A stretch of DNA of 57,765 nt from the IMG/VR virus record IMGVR_UViG_3300047481_002095, positions 1 to 57,765 of that record, one strand, 5' to 3'. A model generated the notes under the pieces. That model worked only from the letters and a program-made list of their open reading frames with translations. It did not search any database and was not told the DNA's origin. Below, piece after piece: positions 19,301 to 26,835 of this stretch. Position 1 is the first letter of the stretch. Each line of letters begins with the position of its first letter. Made by a program: the position numbers and the translations under genes. The stretch is from a virus (lineage: Duplodnaviria; Caudoviricetes).

Positions 19301-19416
19301 TCACCAGCACATCAAGGCCAGTCTCTTACGATGGAAGGCAGAGGTTTTTGAACAGCGGAGACATGGTTGCTCCTGTCAACACAATGCTTCGTGGTTTCCG
19401 ACGAGCTAGGTCTTGA
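16381..19416 (+). CDS. cas12i: Cas12i-family (type V-I) effector, predicted nuclease-dead
   Basis: Colinear with Cas12i1/i2 as remembered: YKSKLNPNERK, LCAINWFR, WVDCR, FGEGVKED, KWVKHHIP..SRYFEEIY, DQMSYSG, RLGSL, SVDWCAR, SHLDPF, IPHRGGRFF, GDMVAPVN. RuvC-I GLNKNQT (vs GYDQNQT) and RuvC-II VVTKNL (vs RGEGDL) lack the acidic residues. True start may be ATG 16393. Confidence 0.88.
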   Translation: MGITMSDTTFRPYKSKLNPNERKMPMVVDTMNWCDNACSVFFDLFVGLYGGVKIGDVTNFLTEKQDTTTDADLLCAINWFRAMPVSNPDAVVGPEQLVVRFRDYSGHNPSPMASMYLSAPVNPRYTWVDCRFLYQQMCQTLGANLDVDISTLVQTGLLPIQKDTQLNAYSFCSNVFGEGVKEDPSAKVTSYTAAANALSGATNPIITYEDYRQILSSAITNRPSRKGAKDILAADLDSTKTGVLPGNYVSQRIAMYQASAASKARGVVLPNRLRVKAYLQNLVGLNYICTTWAAPMLRAVGDIKSKNSNNYRFVGERLERQQEIDNLLAVSNIRSAQAILQQFRANESNQFYIKKRHIGKGLPSLYDMWDLMDEKEGIDNYIQSLKGDKTERLPIRELLQIIYPHRKSVSAELFLSAAELTDVEDRQNRCMVHPTVRGSLVINFGKSSTIFGAITPPDTLIKFRGEMVPAGQTGMIWFTMHLVDGGKWVKHHIPCHSSRYFEEIYAWKKDLPTLPFPRRSLYGYAIGNKISDTRKIDLRRKKASKQYLRTLENMTHNVEFDPTTQFMVDQELNVTITARVKKIPPVRDVPVGSRIMGLNKNQTIRDCYSIWERVEANTSGSFQHPVVQDVWLRLVADGHVTSTVNGPNGQIDQMSYSGPDVANCGNWMQERSNFITSVDDADQSIMKHFLWNNRVKLYAWNCVYAGTLMKAISKQMTTANRNLFRNEILSFVGGRFGCRLGSLAQVSLDLLRRMKSVISCYFSRNNAFTIEERSAFDKELMELFESLDNKMNNKRKEKVNRTLSSIFQVAKQHNVVRLVVTKNLQTPDANVRSVMNQRSVDWCARKIEEKIVDLGNVIGIYVDLVEALDLSHLDPFIYIAKGDVGKECQFDEVESSSLLPIHTSMFRDWHGLVNKGRTTTPIYHSALRSFASHYGLRFDDLARIKAAELAKMLPDQKVFIPHRGGRFFMSTYPVTSTSRPVSYDGRQRFLNSGDMVAPVNTMLRGFRRARS

Positions 19417-19441
19417 TTTGAATTCTTAATTTGTTAATTTG

Positions 19442-19478
19442 GAGGCAGGATTATTCCTGCCTCTTTTTTTTTTTTTTT
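19442..19478 (+). terminator. Rho-independent terminator after cas12i-like gene
   Basis: GAGGCAGGA-TTAT-TCCTGCCTC followed by a 15-T run. Confidence 0.85.
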
Positions 19479-19487
19479 GAGAGCATC

Positions 19488-19892
19488 ATGGAACTTATCA
19501 CAACAACTTGCCAAAAAAAGTGTTTTGGTTTTGATTCTTATCATGGAAGTTGTTGTCGATTAGAAAATCGAGATTATATTATTGGGCCTATTCATGATCC
19601 TCATGAATTTCTTGATCGACTCAATAAGCACTATTCCCAAAATTTTAAGTATTCAGACATTTTTATTGAATATGAGGAGGGAAGTAAGTTGTTTCCAAAC
19701 AAATTTAATTGGCAAAAGGAAAGTGCTTATCCTGCTTTGAGAATTAATTTGACCACAAGTGATAATTCTTGCATATTTTACAACAACCAATTAAAGCTTT
19801 GTACTGTTTATTCTATCAGGCCAAGCATTTGCTCTTCTTTTCTTTGTGATTATTTGCGTGGAGAGCTTGAAAAGACAAAGTCTTTGTCATAA
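19488..19892 (+). CDS. YkgJ-family (CxxCxxCC) Zn/Fe-chelating protein
   Basis: CQKKC...GSCC...CIFY...CTVYSIRPSICSSFLC. Confidence 0.75.
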   Translation: MELITTTCQKKCFGFDSYHGSCCRLENRDYIIGPIHDPHEFLDRLNKHYSQNFKYSDIFIEYEEGSKLFPNKFNWQKESAYPALRINLTTSDNSCIFYNNQLKLCTVYSIRPSICSSFLCDYLRGELEKTKSLS

Positions 19893-19915
19893 CATCAATT
19901 TTTTAGGAGAATCAA

Positions 19916-21330
19916 ATGGAAAAGAAAGGAGGCAAGCAAGTGGAGATTGTGGGCTACGAACATCTTCACTTGCACTAGCTAACACAGACTTTTCAACTCT
20001 TGATGGTTTTGGCCAAGTAGAAGAATATTGTGTTCGTGCCCCAAAAATAAATCAAAAGTTTCTTTGCATTTCTGACCATGGAATGATGGGTGCCATTCCA
20101 AGGCAAATCAAAGGTTGTGAAAAGATAAATGACAAGATGGGCAAAGATACTTTGTCTCCAATCTTTGCTTGTGAATTGTATTTAAATAGACTTCAAACAG
20201 AAATGACAGAAGAAGGAGAAGGCAAGAAAATATACTCAAGTCTGACAGAAGAAGAACAAAACGAATTTAAGGCAAGCAGTCACCTTCTTGCAATAGCAAC
20301 AAGTCAAGAAGGATATAAGAACCTAGTTCGTCTTTCGTCATGGGGTTGGACTAAGGGATTCTATAGAAGACCAAGAGTCAATTACGAACAACTGAAAAAG
20401 TACAAAGAAGGAATAATTTTCACATCCTGTTGCTATGCAAGCGAAATAGGAAAGGCTTTTGAAAGAGGAGGAGAAGACGAAGCTTTTAATATGGTTGAAA
20501 GATATATTGAAATGTTTGGCAAAGAACAATTTTACCTAGAAATTATGCTTCTCGACTTCAAAAAGCAAAAACCTTATGACGCATTCATTATCAAGGCTAA
20601 AGAAAAATATGGACTAAAGATTATACTGACAAATGATTGCCACTATTGCAACAAAGAAGATAGTCACTATCAAAGACTAATGTTGATGATTCAGACAAAC
20701 AGAACCATATCTGAGATTGAGAAGGCTCTTAAAGAAGATTCTGACCAAGATTTCTTTGAACTTCAGGATGCTAATCTTTGGATGAAATCTGAAGAAGAAT
20801 TAAATGAAAAGTGGTTGTCTGATTACAGCGATGTTATTCCTTACGAAATTTTTTGCGAGGCCAAGAGAACAACAGTTGAAATTTGTAATAAAGCCAAAGG
20901 TGTTCAGCTTGATAGAAGCCTCAAGTTGCCCATTATACCTGATGGTGACGAAAAGTTAAAAGAAGAGATAATTCTTGGCTTTCAAAGGCGTGGACTGCCT
21001 AAAACAAGAGAATACTTAGACAGAATAAAAGAGGAATATAGCCTTATTACGAGAAAGGGTTTTACTAGTTACTTTTTGATACAAAAAATGATGACAGATG
21101 AGGCTCGTAGGGTTTGTCGTGATCTTTTGGGATTTGGTGATGGTTCACAAGCAGTAGGGCCAGCAAGGGGATCAGCAGCAGCCTCTTTAATTTGCTATTG
21201 CCTAGGAATTACGAGTGTTGATCCTGTTAGAGAGGGATTGTTGTTCAGTCGATTTATGAGCGAGGCTAGAGGTGGAAGAACCTTGCAACTAGAATTTAAA
21301 AATATTGATCCATTACCTTCTGATGATTAA
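19916..21330 (+). CDS. dnaE: DNA polymerase III alpha, N-terminal half (PHP domain and start of palm); frame interrupted at 19976-19983
   Basis: AGGAG RBS and ATG 19916 give MEKK...YEHLHLH-stop; TDFSTLDG, SDHG, HLLAIA, TNDCHY, GPARGSAAASLICYCLGIT.VDP, LLFSRF follow in another frame. Confidence 0.85.
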
Positions 21331-21360
21331 ATAATTTTTTGCAGATAAGGTTTAGATTGA

Positions 21361-22014
21361 TTACCTTCTGTATCCTTTTGCATATTGACTTAAATTATCC
21401 TCATCTTCTTCTTCGATTTCATCGCAATTGTGAGAGTTGGGAGTTTTTCTAGAAGTAGGGCAAAGATACATATTTTTTAATTTTTCTTTGCAATTATATT
21501 CTGTCCACCTTATTGATAATACATTTTCTTTAAGACACTTTTGTCTTTTTGCTTCAGCAATAATTTCGGATGTTTCAAGTTCGATTGAATGAAAACTAGG
21601 GGGACTTTGAAGTTTAGGTAAAATAATTGAGTATTGTCCTTTTTCTTCAAGAATTGATTCAAATTGGTGACACATATCTTCAACAAGATGCAAACACATC
21701 TCATTGAGATTGTACATGGCACAAACTCTTGAGCATGAATTCTTTCCACCTTCTGGCAGTTTATTGTCTATTTCTCTAAGGATTTGGTCGTAATTTGTAA
21801 GTTCGTGTCTAAGAGTATTGACAAATTTTTGTACTTGATTTGAGGCTGGATATCTGCTTGTTATGTATTTTGTTTTTGCATAATCGAGTATATTTGTGTT
21901 TTTTGGTGCTGTTATGTGTAATTCGCTAATGTTAATGGGTTGGCCATCCAAACTGATTGAATATTCAAGTAAGGACTTTTTCTTAGTTTTAAGCCATTCA
22001 TGGAAAGTCAACAT
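21361..22014 (-). CDS. Hypothetical protein with capsid-targeting-like N-terminus
   Basis: MLTFHEWLKTKKKSLLE; CTAAATA box 4 nt upstream of ATG. Confidence 0.6.
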   Translation of the reverse strand: MLTFHEWLKTKKKSLLEYSISLDGQPINISELHITAPKNTNILDYAKTKYITSRYPASNQVQKFVNTLRHELTNYDQILREIDNKLPEGGKNSCSRVCAMYNLNEMCLHLVEDMCHQFESILEEKGQYSIILPKLQSPPSFHSIELETSEIIAEAKRQKCLKENVLSIRWTEYNCKEKLKNMYLCPTSRKTPNSHNCDEIEEEDEDNLSQYAKGYRR

Positions 22015-22811
22015 ATTCTATTTAGCACTTTTTGCATTAAAAATTTGGGGTCAATTTGATTGTTTATTGTGAGTAAAGATATGTTTCGAGGATTGCAGCA
22101 AGGAATAGTGCTAGGCATAAAAAGACTTATTTCAGGTTCATCGAATATGTACTTGATTATTTCTTTTTGCCAACTAATTCTTTTCTGTACTTCTGTTTCA
22201 TCAGGATAAATTAATATCATGTTTGGGTGATTAATGCTTCCTGCATAGTGACTTGTTCCTGTGTCACATCCTATATAAATTTTGCTTTTTTCTATTATTT
22301 TAAAAGTTGTGTATATGTTGTCGCTAAAAAATACATTATTGTTATTGTCCTTGAACAAATGCTTTTTTTCTTTGTCAACGATGCATATTGAATTTTTGTA
22401 TTGGTTTTTGATGGCTTGGAATATTTCTTCTGGATTGGATATGGCTCTTTTTTCATTATATTCTGGTGATAAACATGGTATGAAAACACAATCGTTTTTG
22501 TGATTAAAAAGGTTTTGTGTTTCTGTAAAAAAACCTTTGTGTTGTAAAAAAGGAGACCACACCCAAAGGTTGATGAAATTAATTTGTGGGAAATAACTTT
22601 CTTGAGTGAATCTTACAAGATTGTCAGGAAATAAGTTGAGTGTAGAAATATATGGGTTACAGTCTTTGTAATCAATTTGTATTTTTTTTGATTTAAAGTA
22701 TTTGTATAAGGCTGTTAATTGAATTTCGTCTCCAATTCTGTGTTGGGGATGACATTCAAATATACCTGTTGTTACTGATTGCCAAGTTTTTCTGTAGATT
22801 GAAAAGTCCAT
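22008..22811 (-). CDS. Glycosyltransferase family 9 (heptosyltransferase-like)
   Basis: RIGDEI and IYIGCDTGTSHYAGS motifs. Confidence 0.7.
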   Translation of the reverse strand: MDFSIYRKTWQSVTTGIFECHPQHRIGDEIQLTALYKYFKSKKIQIDYKDCNPYISTLNLFPDNLVRFTQESYFPQINFINLWVWSPFLQHKGFFTETQNLFNHKNDCVFIPCLSPEYNEKRAISNPEEIFQAIKNQYKNSICIVDKEKKHLFKDNNNNVFFSDNIYTTFKIIEKSKIYIGCDTGTSHYAGSINHPNMILIYPDETEVQKRISWQKEIIKYIFDEPEISLFMPSTIPCCNPRNISLLTINNQIDPKFLMQKVLNRIC

Positions 22812-22842
22812 AAAATAAGGGGAGTCATGCTCCCCTTATTTT
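22812..22842. terminator. Perfect 13-bp inverted repeat, likely terminator
   Basis: AAAATAAGGGGAG-TCATG-CTCCCCTTATTTT between two minus-strand genes. Confidence 0.7.
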
Positions 22843-22861
22843 AACTTAAATTTGGCTAATT

Positions 22862-23764
22862 TCAGTCATCTTCATCTTCATCTTCATCTTCATCTTCATC
22901 TTCGTCTTCGTCATGATCTTCGTCTTCGTCATGATCTTCGTCTTCGTCATGATCTTCGTCTTCGTCATCATATTCGTCTTCGTCATCATATTCGTCTTCG
23001 TCATCATATTCGTCATGATCTTCGTCATGATCTTCGTCTTCGTCATGATCATCGTCTTCGTCTTCGTCATGATCATCGTCTTTGTCTTCGTCGCCGTAAG
23101 AATCTTCTGATGCAGCAACTTCAAAAATTGATTGATTGAGTTTGCGGTTGAATGATTCATTTGTAGAAAGAAGGTGGGCGATAAGGTCGAATGATTCATT
23201 TTGTTGTGTCATGGCAACAAAGAATTCTTCAAAAATGTCGCTTCTTTTCATTTCAAGAATTGTGTCAAGGATGTATTTCTTATTTGAGGCACAAACTTCA
23301 ACTGCTTCCTTGATTGCGTCTATGGCTTCAGATGGGCTGTTTTCCAGACCAGCTAATCTTTCAGAACGAACTCTTTTTGTAAATTCAGCCAAGCTAAGGT
23401 TCTTTTTCTTGTCGAGCCATTCCATGGTTGTATTTTTGGGATATGATCCAAGAACCTTTTCTTTTTCACCATGAGCGGTCTTTGGCATACTTTCGTAGCC
23501 TTTTTTGCCTTTGTGTCCAAGGCCGTCTGTGCCAAAACCCTTGTTGGGATCAGGTGCATCTTTTCCGCCTTTATAAGGAGAAATTTTACCAGATTGGGCA
23601 ACGCCTCCTGCATTTTGTGGGAACTTGCCAAGACTAGGAGATGATGGTGAAGGGCCATCATAGTCAGGTGTAAGTTCTGTTTTGGCCTTCATTCCCTTTT
23701 CATTGGCCTTTTCTCTCATCTCTTCTACATAACGCTGGAAGTTTTGTTTCATAGTTTTCTCCAT
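22862..23764 (-). CDS. Hypothetical protein with about 75-aa Asp/Glu tail (possible prohead core/scaffold or DNA mimic)
   Basis: C-terminal DEDEDH/DEDEYD repeats; N-terminus MKQNFQRYVEE. Confidence 0.6.
   Translation of the reverse strand: MEKTMKQNFQRYVEEMREKANEKGMKAKTELTPDYDGPSPSSPSLGKFPQNAGGVAQSGKISPYKGGKDAPDPNKGFGTDGLGHKGKKGYESMPKTAHGEKEKVLGSYPKNTTMEWLDKKKNLSLAEFTKRVRSERLAGLENSPSEAIDAIKEAVEVCASNKKYILDTILEMKRSDIFEEFFVAMTQQNESFDLIAHLLSTNESFNRKLNQSIFEVAASEDSYGDEDKDDDHDEDEDDDHDEDEDHDEDHDEYDDEDEYDDEDEYDDEDEDHDEDEDHDEDEDHDEDEDEDEDEDEDEDD
22865..23092. repeat. Coding low-complexity tandem repeat (6- and 18-bp units)
   Basis: TCATCT and TCTTCGTCTTCGTCATGA units encoding the acidic tail. Confidence 0.9.
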
Positions 23765-23898
23765 ATCCTTAATAAAAGGACTAATTTCAGAACTTAAACT
23801 ATATAAGGTTCAAATTATAAAAATTAAAATGAATATTTTATTTGTTTTTTAAGTCAAAAAATAAAATTTGATATTTTTGGTGAAATTATCTAAACTTT

Positions 23899-24225
23899 TT
23901 GAAAACAATTCCAGATAATACTATTGTGCTAGACATTAAAGGAGATTTTATGAAAAGTTATTTACATGAAACAGAGCGTTTTATTATCAATGAGGCATTG
24001 GATCGTTTGTTGTCTGATATGAAAAAAGACCCTGAAAATGTACGCAAGCCTTTCGATGAAATGATCGAAATGTGTACCGACTATGCTATTCCAGAATCAT
24101 GGGACAGCTATATTGAAATAAATTCAATAAGATTGAATCTGAAAAATCTTGCGAGTCAGAAGTCATTTCCTATAAAACCTTTGAGGAATCTTTTGGTTCT
24201 GATATTGACTAAAATATTATCATAA
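23899..24225 (+). CDS. Hypothetical protein
   Basis: ORF; probable ATG at 23950 after AGGAG. Confidence 0.5.
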   Translation: MKTIPDNTIVLDIKGDFMKSYLHETERFIINEALDRLLSDMKKDPENVRKPFDEMIEMCTDYAIPESWDSYIEINSIRLNLKNLASQKSFPIKPLRNLLVLILTKILS

Positions 24226-24270
24226 ATTATGAATAATATCAGTCGATTTAGATTAAGGATTGGTGATAGC

Positions 24271-25116
24271 ATGAGAGGGAAAATGGTAGCATTTTCATGG
24301 TATGGAGGCAAAACATCGCACTTGAAGTGGTTGTTGCCGATGATTGACGCTACTCCTCACACTTCCTATGTGGAGTCATTTGGCGGGTCAGCGGCGGTTC
24401 TTTTGAACAAAAAACCGAGTCCTGTTGAAATTTACAACGACTTGTACAGTGATGTTGTAAATTTCTTCTCGGTATTGAGAACTAAACGGGAGGAACTGCT
24501 TCCATTATTGGAACTAACTCCGTATAGCCGTGAAGAGTTTGCGGACTCTTGTGAGAACGGCAAAACCGACGACGAGTTAGAATGTGCAAGGAAATTTTTC
24601 ATTCGTGCGAGACAAGTTCGTACTGGTCTTGCCACTACTGCTTCGGCTGGTCGGTGGGCTTATGTGACAAAAGATAGCCGTCGTGGGATGGCGTTGGTCG
24701 TATCTCGGTGGCTAAGTGCCATTGATGGGCTTGAAGACATTTGTGTACGGCTGAGGCAAGTCCAACTGGAAAACTTAGAGGCTGTTGATGTAATCAATCG
24801 TTATGACACAGACGACACGCTTCACTACATTGATCCGCCGTATTTGATGACAACAAGAAGTGGTGGAGTTGGGTATGCCCATGAGTTTAACGAAGAAAAG
24901 CACTTACAACTGCTATCTGTAGTTAAGTTTTTGAAAGGCAAAGTGATTTTGTCGGGTTATTCCAACGAAACATACGATGACACTCTTTCCGGTTGGCAGA
25001 GATATGAAGCAGATGCTAAATTTGCGGCTGCTACTAGGCAGGACGGTAAACCGGCTCTCAGACAGGAAGTTGTTTGGACGAATTACGACTTGAAAGGACT
25101 GCTGTGCTGCAAGTAG
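24271..25116 (+). CDS. dam: Dam-like (D12 class) DNA adenine methyltransferase
   Basis: WYGGKT, YVESFGGSAAV, EIYND, HYIDPPY; visibly GC-richer than flanks. Confidence 0.88.
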   Translation: MRGKMVAFSWYGGKTSHLKWLLPMIDATPHTSYVESFGGSAAVLLNKKPSPVEIYNDLYSDVVNFFSVLRTKREELLPLLELTPYSREEFADSCENGKTDDELECARKFFIRARQVRTGLATTASAGRWAYVTKDSRRGMALVVSRWLSAIDGLEDICVRLRQVQLENLEAVDVINRYDTDDTLHYIDPPYLMTTRSGGVGYAHEFNEEKHLQLLSVVKFLKGKVILSGYSNETYDDTLSGWQRYEADAKFAAATRQDGKPALRQEVVWTNYDLKGLLCCK

Positions 25117-25187
25117 AGCGTCACCACTATAAAGGCAACGATCAAATCGTCGCCCTCTGTAAGACTCATATTTTTTATAAAAATTAA
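25104..25187 (+). pseudogene. Possible truncated N-terminal remnant of an IS1341-type tnpB
   Basis: AAAGGA RBS, GTG; MLQVERHHYKGNDQIVALCK then abrupt AT-rich sequence. Confidence 0.3.
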
Positions 25188-25201
25188 CTAAATAAAATTA
25201 C

Positions 25202-25552
25202 GGGGCCGTATTAGAATTCGATTCGGATATGCGTCTTGGGAGTGGCATGTAGTGGTTGGTCAGATGGCCACTATAAAATCTGACTAAAGCCTTAACTGGC
25301 GAAACTGTTTACGCTTTGGCTGCTTGATTGCGGTCACGAATTTAGGTAGCTCGTCATAGGCGACCGAAAATTCGATGTAAATTATGACTGGTCTTTTGAT
25401 TCTCAACGGTCATAGACGAGACAAAGTTGATAGTGCTGAAATAGGTTTTGTTTGTTGTGCCTATTCAGATGACATTAAACAATAAAATAAACATGTAGAA
25501 GCTCTCTTGATGTTATGCGAAGACGGCGGGGCAGAACCGCCCGGCTCCACTA
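25202..25552 (+). ncRNA. ssrA: tmRNA
   Basis: 5' GGGGCCG pairs with 3' CGGCTCC-A (G3-U70 Ala identity); tag frame GGC GAA ACT GTT TAC GCT TTG GCT GCT TGA = (A)GETVYALAA at 25298-25327; T-arm GGCGG-GGCAGAA-CCGCC. Confidence 0.92.
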
Positions 25553-25917
25553 TGACTATAATTATTTTTTATTTATCATTAATGATCTTGGTTGCAAACC
25601 TTAAATTTTATGGTTATCAGCCAAGATCATTGATGTTTTCTCCAAGAAGTTCAAGATGGCGTAAGGTCAGGAATGCACATCTTCTCAAAAATCCAAATTG
25701 TGCAATTTGTGGTTCTGATGAAAATTTAACTGTTCATCACTTAAAAAGTTTTAGTCAATATCCAGAACTTGAATTGAGTGTTGATAATTTAATTACTTTG
25801 TGCGAAAATAAAAACTTAAATTGTCATTTTGTGTTTGGTCATCACATGAGATGGACAAATCTCAATGATACTCTTTTAAGTGATATTGAAAAAATCAAGC
25901 ATTATGTAAAAGGTTGA
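25552..25917 (+). CDS. HNH endonuclease with hydrophobic N-terminus
   Basis: RSSRWRKVR..HL...CAICG....LTVHH...NLITLC...CHFVFGH. Confidence 0.8.
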   Translation: MTIIIFYLSLMILVANLKFYGYQPRSLMFSPRSSRWRKVRNAHLLKNPNCAICGSDENLTVHHLKSFSQYPELELSVDNLITLCENKNLNCHFVFGHHMRWTNLNDTLLSDIEKIKHYVKG

Positions 25918-25919
25918 AA

Positions 25920-26789
25920 ATGCCAAATACAAAAATCATATCTGGCGATTGTGTTAAAAAAATTAAAGAATTACCTGAAAATTCTGTAAATTGTTGTATT
26001 ACAAGTCCTCCATATTTTAGTTTGCGTGATTATGGGATTGAAGGACAGATAGGATTAGAAGAATTTCCAGAACAGTATATTCCCAAGATAGTGGAGGTTT
26101 TTTCAGAAGTTAAAAGAGTTTTGCGTAAAGATGGAACTCTTTGGCTTAATTTGGGAGACAGTTGGTGGAATAATTATGGTGGCGGATCAGTAACTATGAA
26201 AACTGGTAATGCGGAAGCAGTATCAATTCGTGGTAGGTGCAACAGGCCAAAACATAGTTATCTTAAATTAAAGGATTTGATAGGAATACCATGGATGGTT
26301 GCCTTTGCTCTTCAAAAAGATGGATGGTATTTAAGGCAGGAAATAATATGGAGTAAGCCAAATGCTTGTCCAGAAAGTGTTTTTGATCGCTGTACAAAGT
26401 CACATGAAACTATATTTTTGTTGAGCAAATCACCAAAATATTATTTTGATGCTCAGGCTATAGCAGAGCCATCTGTAACAACAGCCAATAAACCAGATGG
26501 TGAAAAAACTAAAAGAAATAAAAGATCAGTTTGGACAATACCTGTTGCAAGATTGAAGGAAGCTCACTTTGCAACATTCCCAATTGAATTAATTGAGCCT
26601 TGTGTTTTGGCGGGATGTCCAGAAAATGGAGTAATACTTGATCCTTTTGGGGGAGCAGGAACTACTGCCCTTGTTGCAAATCAGCACAACAGGAATGCGA
26701 TTTTATGTGAGATAAATGCAGAATACATTGAAATAGCTAGAAAAAGACTTTCCAAAACTTTATTTGCCCAAGATATTGAAATAATTTGA
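25920..26789 (+). CDS. DNA N4-cytosine/N6-adenine methyltransferase (beta class)
   Basis: TSPPY, IIWSKPN, HFATFP, ILDPFGGAGTT. Confidence 0.92.
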   Translation: MPNTKIISGDCVKKIKELPENSVNCCITSPPYFSLRDYGIEGQIGLEEFPEQYIPKIVEVFSEVKRVLRKDGTLWLNLGDSWWNNYGGGSVTMKTGNAEAVSIRGRCNRPKHSYLKLKDLIGIPWMVAFALQKDGWYLRQEIIWSKPNACPESVFDRCTKSHETIFLLSKSPKYYFDAQAIAEPSVTTANKPDGEKTKRNKRSVWTIPVARLKEAHFATFPIELIEPCVLAGCPENGVILDPFGGAGTTALVANQHNRNAILCEINAEYIEIARKRLSKTLFAQDIEII

Positions 26790-26814
26790 CTAAAAGAGCA
26801 AAATTATTTACAAT
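26786..26814 (+). promoter_or_regulatory. Sigma70-type promoter
   Basis: TTGACT-17 bp-TACAAT. Confidence 0.55.
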
Positions 26815-26835
26815 GAAATACACAAGGGCATAAGC

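Noticed and set aside
19431-19487. N-terminal extension (poly-Phe) of the YkgJ ORF
   Set aside because: It is the terminator hairpin and T-run; the real start is ATG 19488
19976-19978. TAG stop-codon reassignment explaining the dnaE interruption
   Set aside because: Read-through would not restore the frame (8-nt offset), and many genes here end normally in TAG with dense code-11 coding
22865-23092. Repeat block as a CRISPR array for the Cas12i
   Set aside because: Head-to-tail 6/18-bp codon repeats with no unique spacers; encodes the acidic tail of ORF 22862-23764
25507-25551. Listed TTG start of the HNH ORF
   Set aside because: Overlaps the tmRNA T-arm and acceptor stem; ATG 25552 or later is more plausible
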